Shown: piece after piece, positions 28,398 to 37,240 of the stretch | Numbering within the stretch: position 1 is the stretch's first letter | Layout of the letters: each line of letters starts with the position of its first letter | Origin: Candidatus Kapaibacterium sp. | GTDB lineage: Bacteria; Bacteroidota; Ignavibacteria; Kapaibacteriales; UBA2268 | Direction of reading: 5' to 3' | Length of the DNA stretch: 64,000 nucleotides | Assembly (NCBI GenBank): GCA_023957315.1 | Contig: JAMLHE010000006.1 | Coordinates: forward strand, 70,408 to 134,407 | Notes under the pieces: generated by a model | What the model was told of the DNA's origin: nothing | Database searches by the model: none | Seen by the model: the letters and a program-made list of their open reading frames with translations, nothing else | Program-made: the position numbers and the translations under genes

Positions 28398-28904
28398 TTA
28401 ATCAGGCTGAATAAGGAAAATTGGCTGATTAAATTCAATAGGTTTAGAATTTTCGATTAGAATTTTCACGACAGTGCCACTGACATCACTTTCGATTTCG
28501 TTCATTAATTTCATTGCTTCGATAATGCAAAGTGTATCACCCGGGCGAATTTTAGTGCCTACTTCCACGAAAGCCGGTGATTCGGGCGAAGGTGAACGAT
28601 AAAAAGTACCCACAATTGGAGATTTGATTTCGTGAAGATTACTTTCCGGTGCAACATCTTTTGCTTCAGCTACAGGAGCGGATTGTTGAGGTGCATAATG
28701 TTGCGATTCTTGAACAGGTGCCATATTCGGGGTAGATGCAAAAGAACCCATCGGAATAATAATGGGCTGATTGGTATTAGACTCGGATTTAGATTCGCTG
28801 ATTTTGCTGATTTTGATTTTTGTGCCTTCTTCATCTATTTCGAGCGATGAAGCAGAACTTTCATCAAACAACTGCATAATATCTTTCAAGTAACTGATGT
28901 CCAT
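28398..28904 (-). CDS. accB: Biotin carboxyl carrier protein
   Basis: C-terminal biotinyl domain with EAMKLMNEIESD. A Pro/Ala-rich linker precedes it. Confidence 0.85.
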   Translation of the reverse strand: MDISYLKDIMQLFDESSASSLEIDEEGTKIKISKISESKSESNTNQPIIIPMGSFASTPNMAPVQESQHYAPQQSAPVAEAKDVAPESNLHEIKSPIVGTFYRSPSPESPAFVEVGTKIRPGDTLCIIEAMKLMNEIESDVSGTVVKILIENSKPIEFNQPIFLIQPD

Positions 28905-28947
28905 AATATCTCCTGAATTGTTGAAAAAAAATTGATTGGAGAATTAA

Positions 28948-29511
28948 TTATTCTTTAACGCGTTCAATATAGCTTGCTTCACGAGTATCAACTCTGATTA
29001 AGTCACCTTCATTGATAAATATCGGAACACCGATTTCGGCTCCGGTTTCGAGAGTTGCGGGTTTGGTAACATTTGTAGCTGTATCACCTTTGAATCCGGG
29101 TTCGGTATGAATTACTCTTAAGTTTACGTGTTGTGGTACATCAACTGAAAGCACTGCTTCACCCTCGAATGCAAGTAATGCTATCTCATTCTCTTTCAAA
29201 AATCGAATTTCACTACCAAGAGTATCATCGGGAATGCCGATTTGCTCGAATGTGTTTACATCCATGAAAATCAAATCGCTGCCATCTTTGTAAAGATATT
29301 GATATGAGCGTCTTTCAACTCTGACAAACTCAACTGTTTCTTCACTTCTAAAGCGATTTTCAACAACTTTTCCGGTACGGATATTACGCATTTTCGTTTG
29401 GAAAAATGCGCCACCTTTGCCGGGTTTGATGTGTTGCGTTTCAATCACAACACAGTTTTCACCGTTATATTTAACGACTGCACCTTTTTTGAGGTCTGTA
29501 GCACTGCCCAT
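28948..29511 (-). CDS. efp: Elongation factor P
   Basis: Tip-loop Lys in IKPGKGGAFFQTKMRN; three OB-fold domains; 187 aa. Confidence 0.9.
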   Translation of the reverse strand: MGSATDLKKGAVVKYNGENCVVIETQHIKPGKGGAFFQTKMRNIRTGKVVENRFRSEETVEFVRVERRSYQYLYKDGSDLIFMDVNTFEQIGIPDDTLGSEIRFLKENEIALLAFEGEAVLSVDVPQHVNLRVIHTEPGFKGDTATNVTKPATLETGAEIGVPIFINEGDLIRVDTREASYIERVKE

Positions 29512-29542
29512 ATTTTAAATTGTCATTTATGTATAAAAAAAG

Positions 29543-29613
29543 AGGTGACGAGAGGAGTCGAACCTCCGTAGGCGGTTTTGCAGACCGCAGCCTAGCCACT
29601 CGGCCACGTCACC
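29543..29613 (-). tRNA. tRNA-Cys (GCA)
   Basis: Cloverleaf folded by hand: acceptor GGTGACG/CGTCACC, anticodon stem GCGGT/ACCGC with loop CTGCAAA, T-arm GGAGG-TTCGACT-CCTCT. Confidence 0.8.
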
Positions 29614-29734
29614 TTAAGACTACAAATATAGGGTTTTTTGCTCACATACCAAAATATTTGTTGATAAATTACATTTCTAAAAAATATTTTTTGAAATCTA
29701 CTCGCAATGTGCTACTTTTGTGTTCTGTATCTTT

Positions 29735-29817
29735 GCGGAAGTGGTGAAATTGGTAGACACGCCATCTTGAGGGGGTGGTGCCTTATGGGTGTAGGGGTTC
29801 AAATCCCCTCTTCCGCA
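29735..29817 (+). tRNA. tRNA-Leu (GAG), class II with long variable arm
   Basis: Acceptor GCGGAAG/CTTCCGC, anticodon stem CCATC/GGTGG with loop TTGAGGG, 14-nt variable arm, T-loop TTCAAAT. Confidence 0.8.
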
Positions 29818-29825
29818 CAAAAATC

Positions 29826-30626
29826 TCAGCCTTTGTTTGTACTCTCAAATATTTTATCAGCCGATTTGGCGATAAAACCCTTGAACAATTCTCCCGATGA
29901 CGTTTCGTATCGTTTTGCGAATTCGTAATAGCAACCTGTGATTTCAAATTCACCTTCGATGAAATCTCCTGAGATTATATCGGCTTTGATACTGGATTGT
30001 TCGAGATACTCCGCCGGATTGCCCTTGATTTCTCCACCCGAATCATTAAGTTTGAATCCCTTGTCTTTCAGCAATTGATTGACTTTTTCGAGCGAATCAA
30101 ACTTTTTGAGATTATTAACTGAGACAGTGAAATGGTTAGCACAAAATCCATTGTAATACAGCCAAGCAGCATATTCGGACTCTTTGAGGAGATTTTGGTA
30201 AACTGTATGCGAAGGTTTGCCCCAAATATTGCCGGAGTATAATATTTCACCGCTTTCAATCAAGGCACTTCCAATTTTTTGGACACAATCATCAACGATT
30301 GCTTGCAAAAAGTCACTAAACTCGCTCGTTCGGAGTTCACTGATGAAAATCAAAGGCATGTTCTCGTTTCCGGTATATTCATAGTGCTTAGCATTCAACT
30401 TTTTTTCCGGGAAATCATATTGTCCCATTTCACGATAGCCTAAATCGGTGAAAATTTTGCCGAGAGTATCCATATTTATTTTAGGATTGTCAAAAGTACG
30501 GAACGCAATGTGGTCATTGATAACTGTTTCGCCTTCGGAGGTAAATAGTTCATATACTTTTCGTGCCGATTCATTTTGCGAAGTGTATAATTCCCATAAT
30601 TTTGATAATACATTGTCGAGTGTCAT
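29826..30626 (-). CDS. DUF1338-like protein (possible 2-oxoadipate dioxygenase/decarboxylase-family fold)
   Basis: 266 aa with an NDHIAFRTF motif resembling the DUF1338 metal-binding H-x-AFR. The assignment is tentative. Confidence 0.4.
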   Translation of the reverse strand: MTLDNVLSKLWELYTSQNESARKVYELFTSEGETVINDHIAFRTFDNPKINMDTLGKIFTDLGYREMGQYDFPEKKLNAKHYEYTGNENMPLIFISELRTSEFSDFLQAIVDDCVQKIGSALIESGEILYSGNIWGKPSHTVYQNLLKESEYAAWLYYNGFCANHFTVSVNNLKKFDSLEKVNQLLKDKGFKLNDSGGEIKGNPAEYLEQSSIKADIISGDFIEGEFEITGCYYEFAKRYETSSGELFKGFIAKSADKIFESTNKG

Positions 30627-30701
30627 TTTTTTATTCCTTAAATTTGAACTTCAATTCTTTACAAATGACGCAAAGAACTTATTTAATATTACAGATTACT
30701 A

Positions 30702-31838
30702 ATGAATGAATTTTTCACACTTATAAAAGAAGACGGAGAAAGCAAAGCAAGAGCGGGGCTTTTGAAAACTACTTATGCCGAAATCGAAACTCCGGTATTT
30801 ATGCCCGTCGGAACTAATGCAACTGTCAAGGCGATTCAACAGCGTGAACTCGTGGAGTTAGATACGCGCATCATTTTGGGCAATACCTATCACCTTTACT
30901 TGCGTCCCGGCGATGACACAATTCATGAATTCGATGGTTTGCACAAATTTATGAATTGGAATCGCGCAATTCTGACTGATAGCGGTGGTTATCAAGTATT
31001 TTCGCTCAAAGACATCAGAAAGATTACCGATGATGGAGTAGAATTCAAATCGCACATTGATGGCTCGAAGCACTTTTTTACACCTGAAATTGTGGTTGAC
31101 ATCCAACGAAATTTAGGCTCCGATATTATGATGGTGCTTGATGAATGTGCTCCTTATCCGGCAGATAGAGCCTATGTACGCAAATCTATGAATCTTTCGC
31201 TTGATTGGGCTGAACGTTCAATCGAATATTTCAGACCCAAAACACCCAAATACGGCAACCAACAATTTATGTTCGGGATAGCCCAAGGCGGAATGTATAA
31301 TGATTTGAGGGTCGAGTATTTGCGGAAAATGATAGACCTTGATTTTGATGGAAATGCTATTGGTGGTCTCTCTGTAGGCGAACCAAATGAAATGATGTAT
31401 GATATTACTGAACTATCCACTGATATTTTGCCTAAAGATAAACCGCGCTATTTGATGGGAGTCGGCACTCCGATTGATATTTTGGAATGTATCGAACGGG
31501 GCATAGATATGTTTGATTGTGTAATGCCAACGCGGAATGCAAGGAACGGGCAATTATTCACTTCGCGTGGGAAAATCAACATCAAAAATGCTAAATATAA
31601 GCTTTCAAATGAGCAAATTGACCCGAATGTTGATTCATATGCCAGCCAAAATTTCTCACTCGGATATTTGCGACATCTTTTCATTTCAGATGAAATTCTG
31701 GGATTGCAATTGGCATCATTGCATAATATTGCCTTCTATCTTTGGCTTGCTCGAACTGCAAGAGAGAAGATTTTATCGGGAGATTTCAAGAACTGGAAAA
31801 AAGACTTTATCCAAATTTATAACGGAAATCAAGGTTAA
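30702..31838 (+). CDS. tgt: Queuine tRNA-ribosyltransferase
   Basis: TPVFMPVGTNATVK, LGNTYHLYLRPG, DSGGYQV, MGVGTPIDILECIERGIDMFDCV; yajC lies downstream. Confidence 0.9.
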   Translation: MNEFFTLIKEDGESKARAGLLKTTYAEIETPVFMPVGTNATVKAIQQRELVELDTRIILGNTYHLYLRPGDDTIHEFDGLHKFMNWNRAILTDSGGYQVFSLKDIRKITDDGVEFKSHIDGSKHFFTPEIVVDIQRNLGSDIMMVLDECAPYPADRAYVRKSMNLSLDWAERSIEYFRPKTPKYGNQQFMFGIAQGGMYNDLRVEYLRKMIDLDFDGNAIGGLSVGEPNEMMYDITELSTDILPKDKPRYLMGVGTPIDILECIERGIDMFDCVMPTRNARNGQLFTSRGKINIKNAKYKLSNEQIDPNVDSYASQNFSLGYLRHLFISDEILGLQLASLHNIAFYLWLARTAREKILSGDFKNWKKDFIQIYNGNQG

Positions 31839-31903
31839 TTGGTTGATTTTTTGTACTTTTGTAAATAGATCATGAGTTTATTTTAAATAAATAGGGACAA
31901 GAA

Positions 31904-32218
31904 ATGAATCACATTTTTTCTACAATAATGATGACACCTCCCGGCGGCGGGGATGGTGGTGGTGGCGGTATGATGTCAATGCTTTTGATGTTTGCCGTTG
32001 TAATTGCAATCATGTATTTCATGATGATAAGACCACAACAAAAACGTCAGAAAGAACATCAAAATATGCTTTCTAATATTCGCAAGGGCGACAGAGTCAT
32101 AACAACTGCCGGCATGCACGGCTCAGTTACAGATTCGGACGACAAAACTTTTACACTCCAAATAGCTGATAATGTAAAAGTCAAGTTTGAAAAAGCGTCT
32201 ATTGCAAGTAAGCTCTAA
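31904..32218 (+). CDS. yajC: Preprotein translocase subunit YajC
   Basis: LLMFAVVIAIMYFMMIRPQQKRQKEHQNMLSNIRKGDRVITTAGMHGSV. The track ORF has an odd Gly-rich N-terminus (PPGGGDGGGGG). An alternative start MMSMLL is near 31970. Confidence 0.8.
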   Translation: MNHIFSTIMMTPPGGGDGGGGGMMSMLLMFAVVIAIMYFMMIRPQQKRQKEHQNMLSNIRKGDRVITTAGMHGSVTDSDDKTFTLQIADNVKVKFEKASIASKL

Positions 32219-32251
32219 GATTTCGCTTATTCTATAAAAAAGGATTTTATA

Positions 32252-33451
32252 ATGTTAAATACAATTGAAGAGGCTTTGATTGACCTTGCTTCCGGCAAGG
32301 TCATTATCGTTATGGATGATGAGGACCGTGAGAACGAGGGTGATTTAATTGCATCTTCGGAGCTTTGCACTCACGAGACTATCAATTTCATGAGCACGAA
32401 AGGTAAAGGTCTCATCTGTATCGCTATTACCGAAGCTCGTGCAAGAGCACTCGAATTGGAACCTATGGTTAGAGTCAATTCTGCATTGCACGAAACTAAG
32501 TTTACTGTATCGGTTGATTATGCTCATGGCACATCGACCGGAATTTCAGCTTTCGACAGAGCTATTACAGTAAGGGCTGTTGCCCGACTTGATACTAAAC
32601 CATCGGATTTGCTTCGTCCCGGTCACGTATTTCCGCTTGTAGCCCAAGAAGGTGGCGTCTTGCGTCGTGCCGGTCATACTGAAGCAACTGTAGATTTAAT
32701 GAGACTTGCAGGTTTGAAGTCAAGCGGTATTTTATGCGAAATGATTAGCGAAGACGGTTCGATGGCTCGTATGCCAGAATTAGTCGATTTTGCTAAGGCA
32801 AATAATATGAAAATCATTACCATAAAGGATTTAATCGCTTATCGTCTCAAGACCGATAATTTAATAAAATGCACCGCTGAAGCAAAATTGCCTACAAAAC
32901 ATGGAGATTTCATAGTTCATGTTTACGAAAGTGAAATTGACCAATTTGAACACTCTGCTTTAGTTTTGGGTGAAATTGACCCCGAAAAGCCAACTTTGGT
33001 CAGAGTGCATTCCGAATGTCTAACCGGTGATGTATTTGGGTCAATACGTTGTGATTGTGGCGAACAATTGGAGAAATCACTCGAAATGATTGCCAAAGCC
33101 GGTAACGGTGTGTTGCTTTATATGCGTCAAGAGGGAAGAGGTATTGGACTTATCAATAAAGTCAAAGCATATTCACTGCAAGATGCCGGACTTGATACTG
33201 TCGAAGCAAATGTTGAACTTGGATTTGCACCCGACCCACGAGATTATGGAATTGGTGCACAAATTTTGCGTTCACTCGGAATTCGTAAGATGTCATTAAT
33301 AACAAACAATCCACGAAAGAGAGTTGGACTTGAAAGTTACGGGCTCGAGGTAGTTGATTTGGTTCCGCTTCAAATTGAGCCGAATGATTCAAATAGACAT
33401 TATCTCGAAACTAAAAGAACAAAATTAGGACATATACTAAATTCTTTGTAA
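32252..33451 (+). CDS. ribBA: Bifunctional 3,4-dihydroxy-2-butanone-4-phosphate synthase / GTP cyclohydrolase II
   Basis: RibB part DDEDRENEGDLI ... RPGHVFPL. RibA part zinc-site C-x2-C and RVHSECLTGDVFGSIRCDCG ... EGRGIGL. Confidence 0.9.
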   Translation: MLNTIEEALIDLASGKVIIVMDDEDRENEGDLIASSELCTHETINFMSTKGKGLICIAITEARARALELEPMVRVNSALHETKFTVSVDYAHGTSTGISAFDRAITVRAVARLDTKPSDLLRPGHVFPLVAQEGGVLRRAGHTEATVDLMRLAGLKSSGILCEMISEDGSMARMPELVDFAKANNMKIITIKDLIAYRLKTDNLIKCTAEAKLPTKHGDFIVHVYESEIDQFEHSALVLGEIDPEKPTLVRVHSECLTGDVFGSIRCDCGEQLEKSLEMIAKAGNGVLLYMRQEGRGIGLINKVKAYSLQDAGLDTVEANVELGFAPDPRDYGIGAQILRSLGIRKMSLITNNPRKRVGLESYGLEVVDLVPLQIEPNDSNRHYLETKRTKLGHILNSL

Positions 33452-33510
33452 CTTTGTATTGTGTTCTTAGTGAAATTTAAAAAAAATTAGAACTTTTCAC
33501 TGTTTTGAAT

Positions 33511-33545
33511 AAAGCCGATATTTAGTGTAGCGGCTTTATTTTTAA
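33511..33545 (+). terminator. Putative rho-independent terminator after ribBA
   Basis: Hairpin aaagccg-atatttagtgta-gcggcttt, followed by a T-rich tail. Confidence 0.5.
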
Positions 33546-33573
33546 TTTATATTACTTTTAAAAAGGTGTAGCT

Positions 33574-34053
33574 ATGTCGAATACGATATATATGACCAAA
33601 GAAAAAATTCAAGAATTGGAAGAGGAATTGCGAGTACTCAAAAGTATTGGCAGACCGGAAATGGCTCGAAAGATTGCCGAAGCTCGTTCTCATGGTGATC
33701 TCTCCGAGAATGCCGATTACGATGCTGCTAAAGACGCGCAAGGTCTGATGGAAATGAAGATAAACAAAATCTCCGAAATACTTTCTCGTAGTCAAATGAT
33801 TAGACCTGATGAGTTCCCGGATGATAAAGTTTATATTCTTTCAAAAGTTAAGATTAAGAATCTTAATAACAATAAAATAATCGAATACATTATGGTTAGT
33901 GCCGAAGAAGCAGATTTTGAACAAAACAAAATATCTGTTTCATCACCTTTGGGCAAATCCCTCATGGGGAAAGCAATCGGTGATATTGCGGAATTGACTG
34001 TTGCATCCGGCACTACTAAATTTGAAATCCTCGATATTTCAAAATCAATATAA
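33574..34053 (+). CDS. greA: Transcription elongation factor GreA
   Basis: N-terminal coiled-coil MTKEKIQELEEELRVLK ... SHGDLSENADYDAAKD and C-terminal FKBP-like domain; 159 aa. Confidence 0.9.
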   Translation: MSNTIYMTKEKIQELEEELRVLKSIGRPEMARKIAEARSHGDLSENADYDAAKDAQGLMEMKINKISEILSRSQMIRPDEFPDDKVYILSKVKIKNLNNNKIIEYIMVSAEEADFEQNKISVSSPLGKSLMGKAIGDIAELTVASGTTKFEILDISKSI

Positions 34054-34065
34054 AGTTTTTATTTT

Positions 34066-34098
34066 TGCATTGAATATCCCGCTTGTCGGGATATTTTT
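34066..34098 (+). terminator. Rho-independent terminator after greA
   Basis: Hairpin aatatcccg-cttgt-cgggatatt, followed by a ~10-nt T-run. Confidence 0.7.
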
Positions 34099-34167
34099 TT
34101 TTAGGGTGATTAAACTTTTTTCAAATTTATTTGTCTATACTATAAAGAATTATTCAAAGGTCAATAA

Positions 34168-34740
34168 GTGGGTACGGCTCTTTTGGCAAATCATATTGAA
34201 AACGATACATTGACGGGCGAAGCTGAAGGCAACGAAGTTCAGAATGCAAATCAATTTGTGAATGCAAATAAGAACTTTGTGTTTTCGACTGCCTTGAGAT
34301 TCACCAAAGACTATGACGATGCTGACGATATTACTCAGGAAGTTCTGATAAAAGCTTTGTCCAACCTTGGGGGATTCAATCATCAAAGCTCTGTCAAAAC
34401 TTGGCTATATCGGATTACTGTCAATATGTGTTTGAATTTCAAGAGAAAAAAGTCTGTGATTTCGTTTTTTTCAAACTTCAAGTCAGAATCTGAGTATGAC
34501 ATTGATTCGAAGGAAGCCTCTGCTCACAGCAAAATGGAAAACAATGAATTGTTTGAACGATTCAATCACGAATTAACAAAATTGCCCGAGAAACAACGTG
34601 AGACCTTTGCATTACGATACTTTCACGATTTGTCCTATCAGGAAATTTCTGAACTCTTAGGGACAAGTGTCGGTGGATTGAAAGCGAATTATTTTCAAGC
34701 TGTTAAAAAGCTTGCTCAAAATATGAAGGATTTGAGGTGA
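34168..34740 (+). CDS. ECF-type RNA polymerase sigma-70 factor
   Basis: Region 2 (DDADDITQEVLIKAL ... WLYRITVNMCLN) and region 4 (LPEKQRETFALRYFHDLSYQEISELLG) are present. The track start is a GTG; the true start may be internal. Confidence 0.8.
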   Translation: MGTALLANHIENDTLTGEAEGNEVQNANQFVNANKNFVFSTALRFTKDYDDADDITQEVLIKALSNLGGFNHQSSVKTWLYRITVNMCLNFKRKKSVISFFSNFKSESEYDIDSKEASAHSKMENNELFERFNHELTKLPEKQRETFALRYFHDLSYQEISELLGTSVGGLKANYFQAVKKLAQNMKDLR

Positions 34741-34741
34741 G

Positions 34742-35425
34742 GTGGAAATTATGAATGAAATGACAAGAAAACAAGTCGAAGAAGCATTGCCGGATTATCT
34801 TTTCGGTGCTTTAAATGAGAGCGAAAAAATAGATTTCGAGCAATCAATCGTGCAATATCCTGATTTAGTTCAAGAATTGAACGAAGCGAAAGCATTGTTT
34901 GACAGAATTGACAAAACTGATTTTGACAATGCTGTAAGCACACAGACACGCAATATGAGCGTTAAAGTGAACAGGAAGTTGTCTGCGAATCACAAACATC
35001 TCAAGAGATTCAACTTGTTGACTCGATTTGTTTTGCCTGCTGCTGCAGTAGTGCTGATTATGTTTTATACTTTATTTATAGCTAATGATACGAGTGATAA
35101 TACAATCGAACTGAAAAATCAATCGCTCACAAGCAATTTAGATTTAGATGAAATTGCTGTGATACTCGCTGAATCCGAATCTGAAGACGTTGACGAAGTG
35201 ACGATGAACACATCATTCAATCAAATCAATTTTCCCGATGTTTACAGCGATATAATTGAAGAGATGTATTACGAGGAAATGTATAATTACATAGACCAAA
35301 TCACAAACTACGTTGGTACAAATTTTAGTTATAATAATAATTTATATAGCAATTTCGAATCTTATGAAGAAGACGAATTTCAAGATATATTAAAGGAATT
35401 AGGAAATGTTGGCAAATTCAATTAA
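34742..35425 (+). CDS. Putative single-pass anti-sigma factor
   Basis: Immediately follows the ECF sigma gene. It has a short cytoplasmic N-terminus, one TM helix (LTRFVLPAAAVVLIMFYTLFIA) and an acidic periplasmic tail. No conserved motif; the call rests on position. Confidence 0.4.
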   Translation: MEIMNEMTRKQVEEALPDYLFGALNESEKIDFEQSIVQYPDLVQELNEAKALFDRIDKTDFDNAVSTQTRNMSVKVNRKLSANHKHLKRFNLLTRFVLPAAAVVLIMFYTLFIANDTSDNTIELKNQSLTSNLDLDEIAVILAESESEDVDEVTMNTSFNQINFPDVYSDIIEEMYYEEMYNYIDQITNYVGTNFSYNNNLYSNFESYEEDEFQDILKELGNVGKFN

Positions 35426-35900
35426 AATAATATTTAGCGTTTTTGTTTTGCTCATGATTTCGATTCCATCATATGGGCAACAAGTCGAAAAAGCAAGAGA
35501 GCGTATTGAAGCATTCAAAAAAATGAGAATGCTTGAAATATTGGAATTATCAGGCGATAACGCCGATAAATTTATCTTGCGTTACAATGAATATGACAAA
35601 GATTTTAAAGAACGAGTTTCAATTTATGAAAAAGCTGTTGATGAGCTTGAAAATTCAATTGTTAATCAATCTGAGGAGAAAATCATAAACGATAAATCTC
35701 AAAATGTAATAGCTGCTCAAAGAAACGTACATAAGTTGATTGAAGAACGTTCAACTTATTTTAAAGACTTTCTGACAGCCGAACAAATTGGCAAATATTT
35801 GGTTTTTGAAAAGAGATTCGATGACAGACTTCGTGAAATGCTTGTTGATAATCCCAAAAAAGCTCGCCCGGGCGGATTTGGACCTAACAAGAGACGATAA
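35406..35900 (+). CDS. Periplasmic LTXXQ-motif protein (Spy/CpxP-like)
   Basis: Signal peptide, helical K/E-rich sequence with an LTAEQIGKY (LTxxQ) motif. It is third in the ECF operon. Confidence 0.5.
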   Translation: MLANSIKIIFSVFVLLMISIPSYGQQVEKARERIEAFKKMRMLEILELSGDNADKFILRYNEYDKDFKERVSIYEKAVDELENSIVNQSEEKIINDKSQNVIAAQRNVHKLIEERSTYFKDFLTAEQIGKYLVFEKRFDDRLREMLVDNPKKARPGGFGPNKRR

Positions 35901-35909
35901 TACTGAATT

Positions 35910-37154
35910 TTATATCAGCAAACTTGCTATTGTGGCTGTCAACAAATTTGCTAAAGCACCAATGAGCATTGCTTTAATCCCTAATTGAGCAATTTCATTA
36001 CGCCGTTCAGGCACAAGTGAACCGATTCCGCCGATTTGAATGGCAATTGAACTGAAGTTAGCAAAACCACACAGAGCAAAAGTTGAAATAATGGCAGTTC
36101 GTTCACTGATTGCACCGCTCCGAATCAGCTCACTCAAATTTGAATAGGCAAGAAATTCATTGACTGAAATTTTTGTCCCGAGCAAACTGCCGAATGTTTG
36201 AGCCTCAGCAGCAGGTATTCCCACTAAAAAGGCAAATGGCATAAAAAGATAACCCAAAAGCTCTTTAAAACTTGACGGGACACCGCTAATACCCATATTA
36301 CTCAACCATGAACTCAACAATCCCAAACTTCCGTCAAGAACTGCGATTATTGATATAAATGCAATTAACATCCCAATTATATTCAGCGAAAGTTTTACTC
36401 CATCGGTAGCTCCGTTAGATATGGCAATTAGTACATTTGATGATTCGGGAATTTCAACTTGCTTGATTTCATTCAATGATATGATTTCTTTAGGAGGAGG
36501 GATTACAATTTTAGAAAGTATCAAGCCACCGGGGGCAGAAATTATACTTGCTGTGACCAGATAAGTGGCATCTATTCCCATTGCGATATATGCTGCCATC
36601 ACACCACCGGCAATTGTAGCAAATCCGACTGTCATTATTGCAAATAATTCTGAACGAGACGTTGATTTGAGGTAGTGACGGATAAGCAAAGGTGCTTCAG
36701 TTTGCCCGATGAAAATATTTGCTGAAGCGGATAAGGATTCGACACCTGATGTTTTGAGAGTTTTTTGTAGCACCCATGCCATTGAGTAAACGATTTTTTG
36801 AATTATTCCATAATGATACAAAATCGAAACAAAGGCTGAGAAAAATATTATCGAGCTCGAAATTATCAATGCAAATTGAAAACCGAATATTGGCATATTC
36901 GCAGGGTCTCCCAATCCACCAAACATGAATTTTGCAGCTTCCAAGCTATGATTGATGAAAATGGTAACCGAATCACCCAAACCACGGAACAAATCTACGC
37001 CAAAAGGTACTTGCAGTACAAAAATTGCGAGCGCAAATTGGAGTGTAATACCCAAAACCACAATTCGCCATGGGAATTCCCTTTTGCTTTCTGACAAAAG
37101 CCAAACCAAAAGAAAAATTATTGGGATGCCAAGCAAATTTATTATCATTGTCAT
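35910..37154 (-). CDS. nupC: Concentrative nucleoside transporter (NupC/CNT family)
   Basis: CNT-type hydrophobic topology of 414 aa with motifs GQTEAPLLIRHYL, SAPGGLILSKIV and EFLAYS. Confidence 0.75.
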   Translation of the reverse strand: MTMIINLLGIPIIFLLVWLLSESKREFPWRIVVLGITLQFALAIFVLQVPFGVDLFRGLGDSVTIFINHSLEAAKFMFGGLGDPANMPIFGFQFALIISSSIIFFSAFVSILYHYGIIQKIVYSMAWVLQKTLKTSGVESLSASANIFIGQTEAPLLIRHYLKSTSRSELFAIMTVGFATIAGGVMAAYIAMGIDATYLVTASIISAPGGLILSKIVIPPPKEIISLNEIKQVEIPESSNVLIAISNGATDGVKLSLNIIGMLIAFISIIAVLDGSLGLLSSWLSNMGISGVPSSFKELLGYLFMPFAFLVGIPAAEAQTFGSLLGTKISVNEFLAYSNLSELIRSGAISERTAIISTFALCGFANFSSIAIQIGGIGSLVPERRNEIAQLGIKAMLIGALANLLTATIASLLI

Positions 37155-37240
37155 AATATTTTTTATAAAAAAGTCAAAAATAAGAAATTAGAACTTTTTA
37201 TATTTGAAAATATTGATTAACAGCCATTTGAAAAACAATT

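Noticed and set aside
29520-29928. Track ORFs 29520..29747 (+) and 29707..29928 (+)
   Set aside because: They overlap tRNA-Cys and tRNA-Leu genes and are not protein-coding.
32219-32251. Possible FMN riboswitch upstream of ribBA
   Set aside because: Only 33 nt separate yajC and ribBA, too short for an RFN element; none of its conserved stems is seen.
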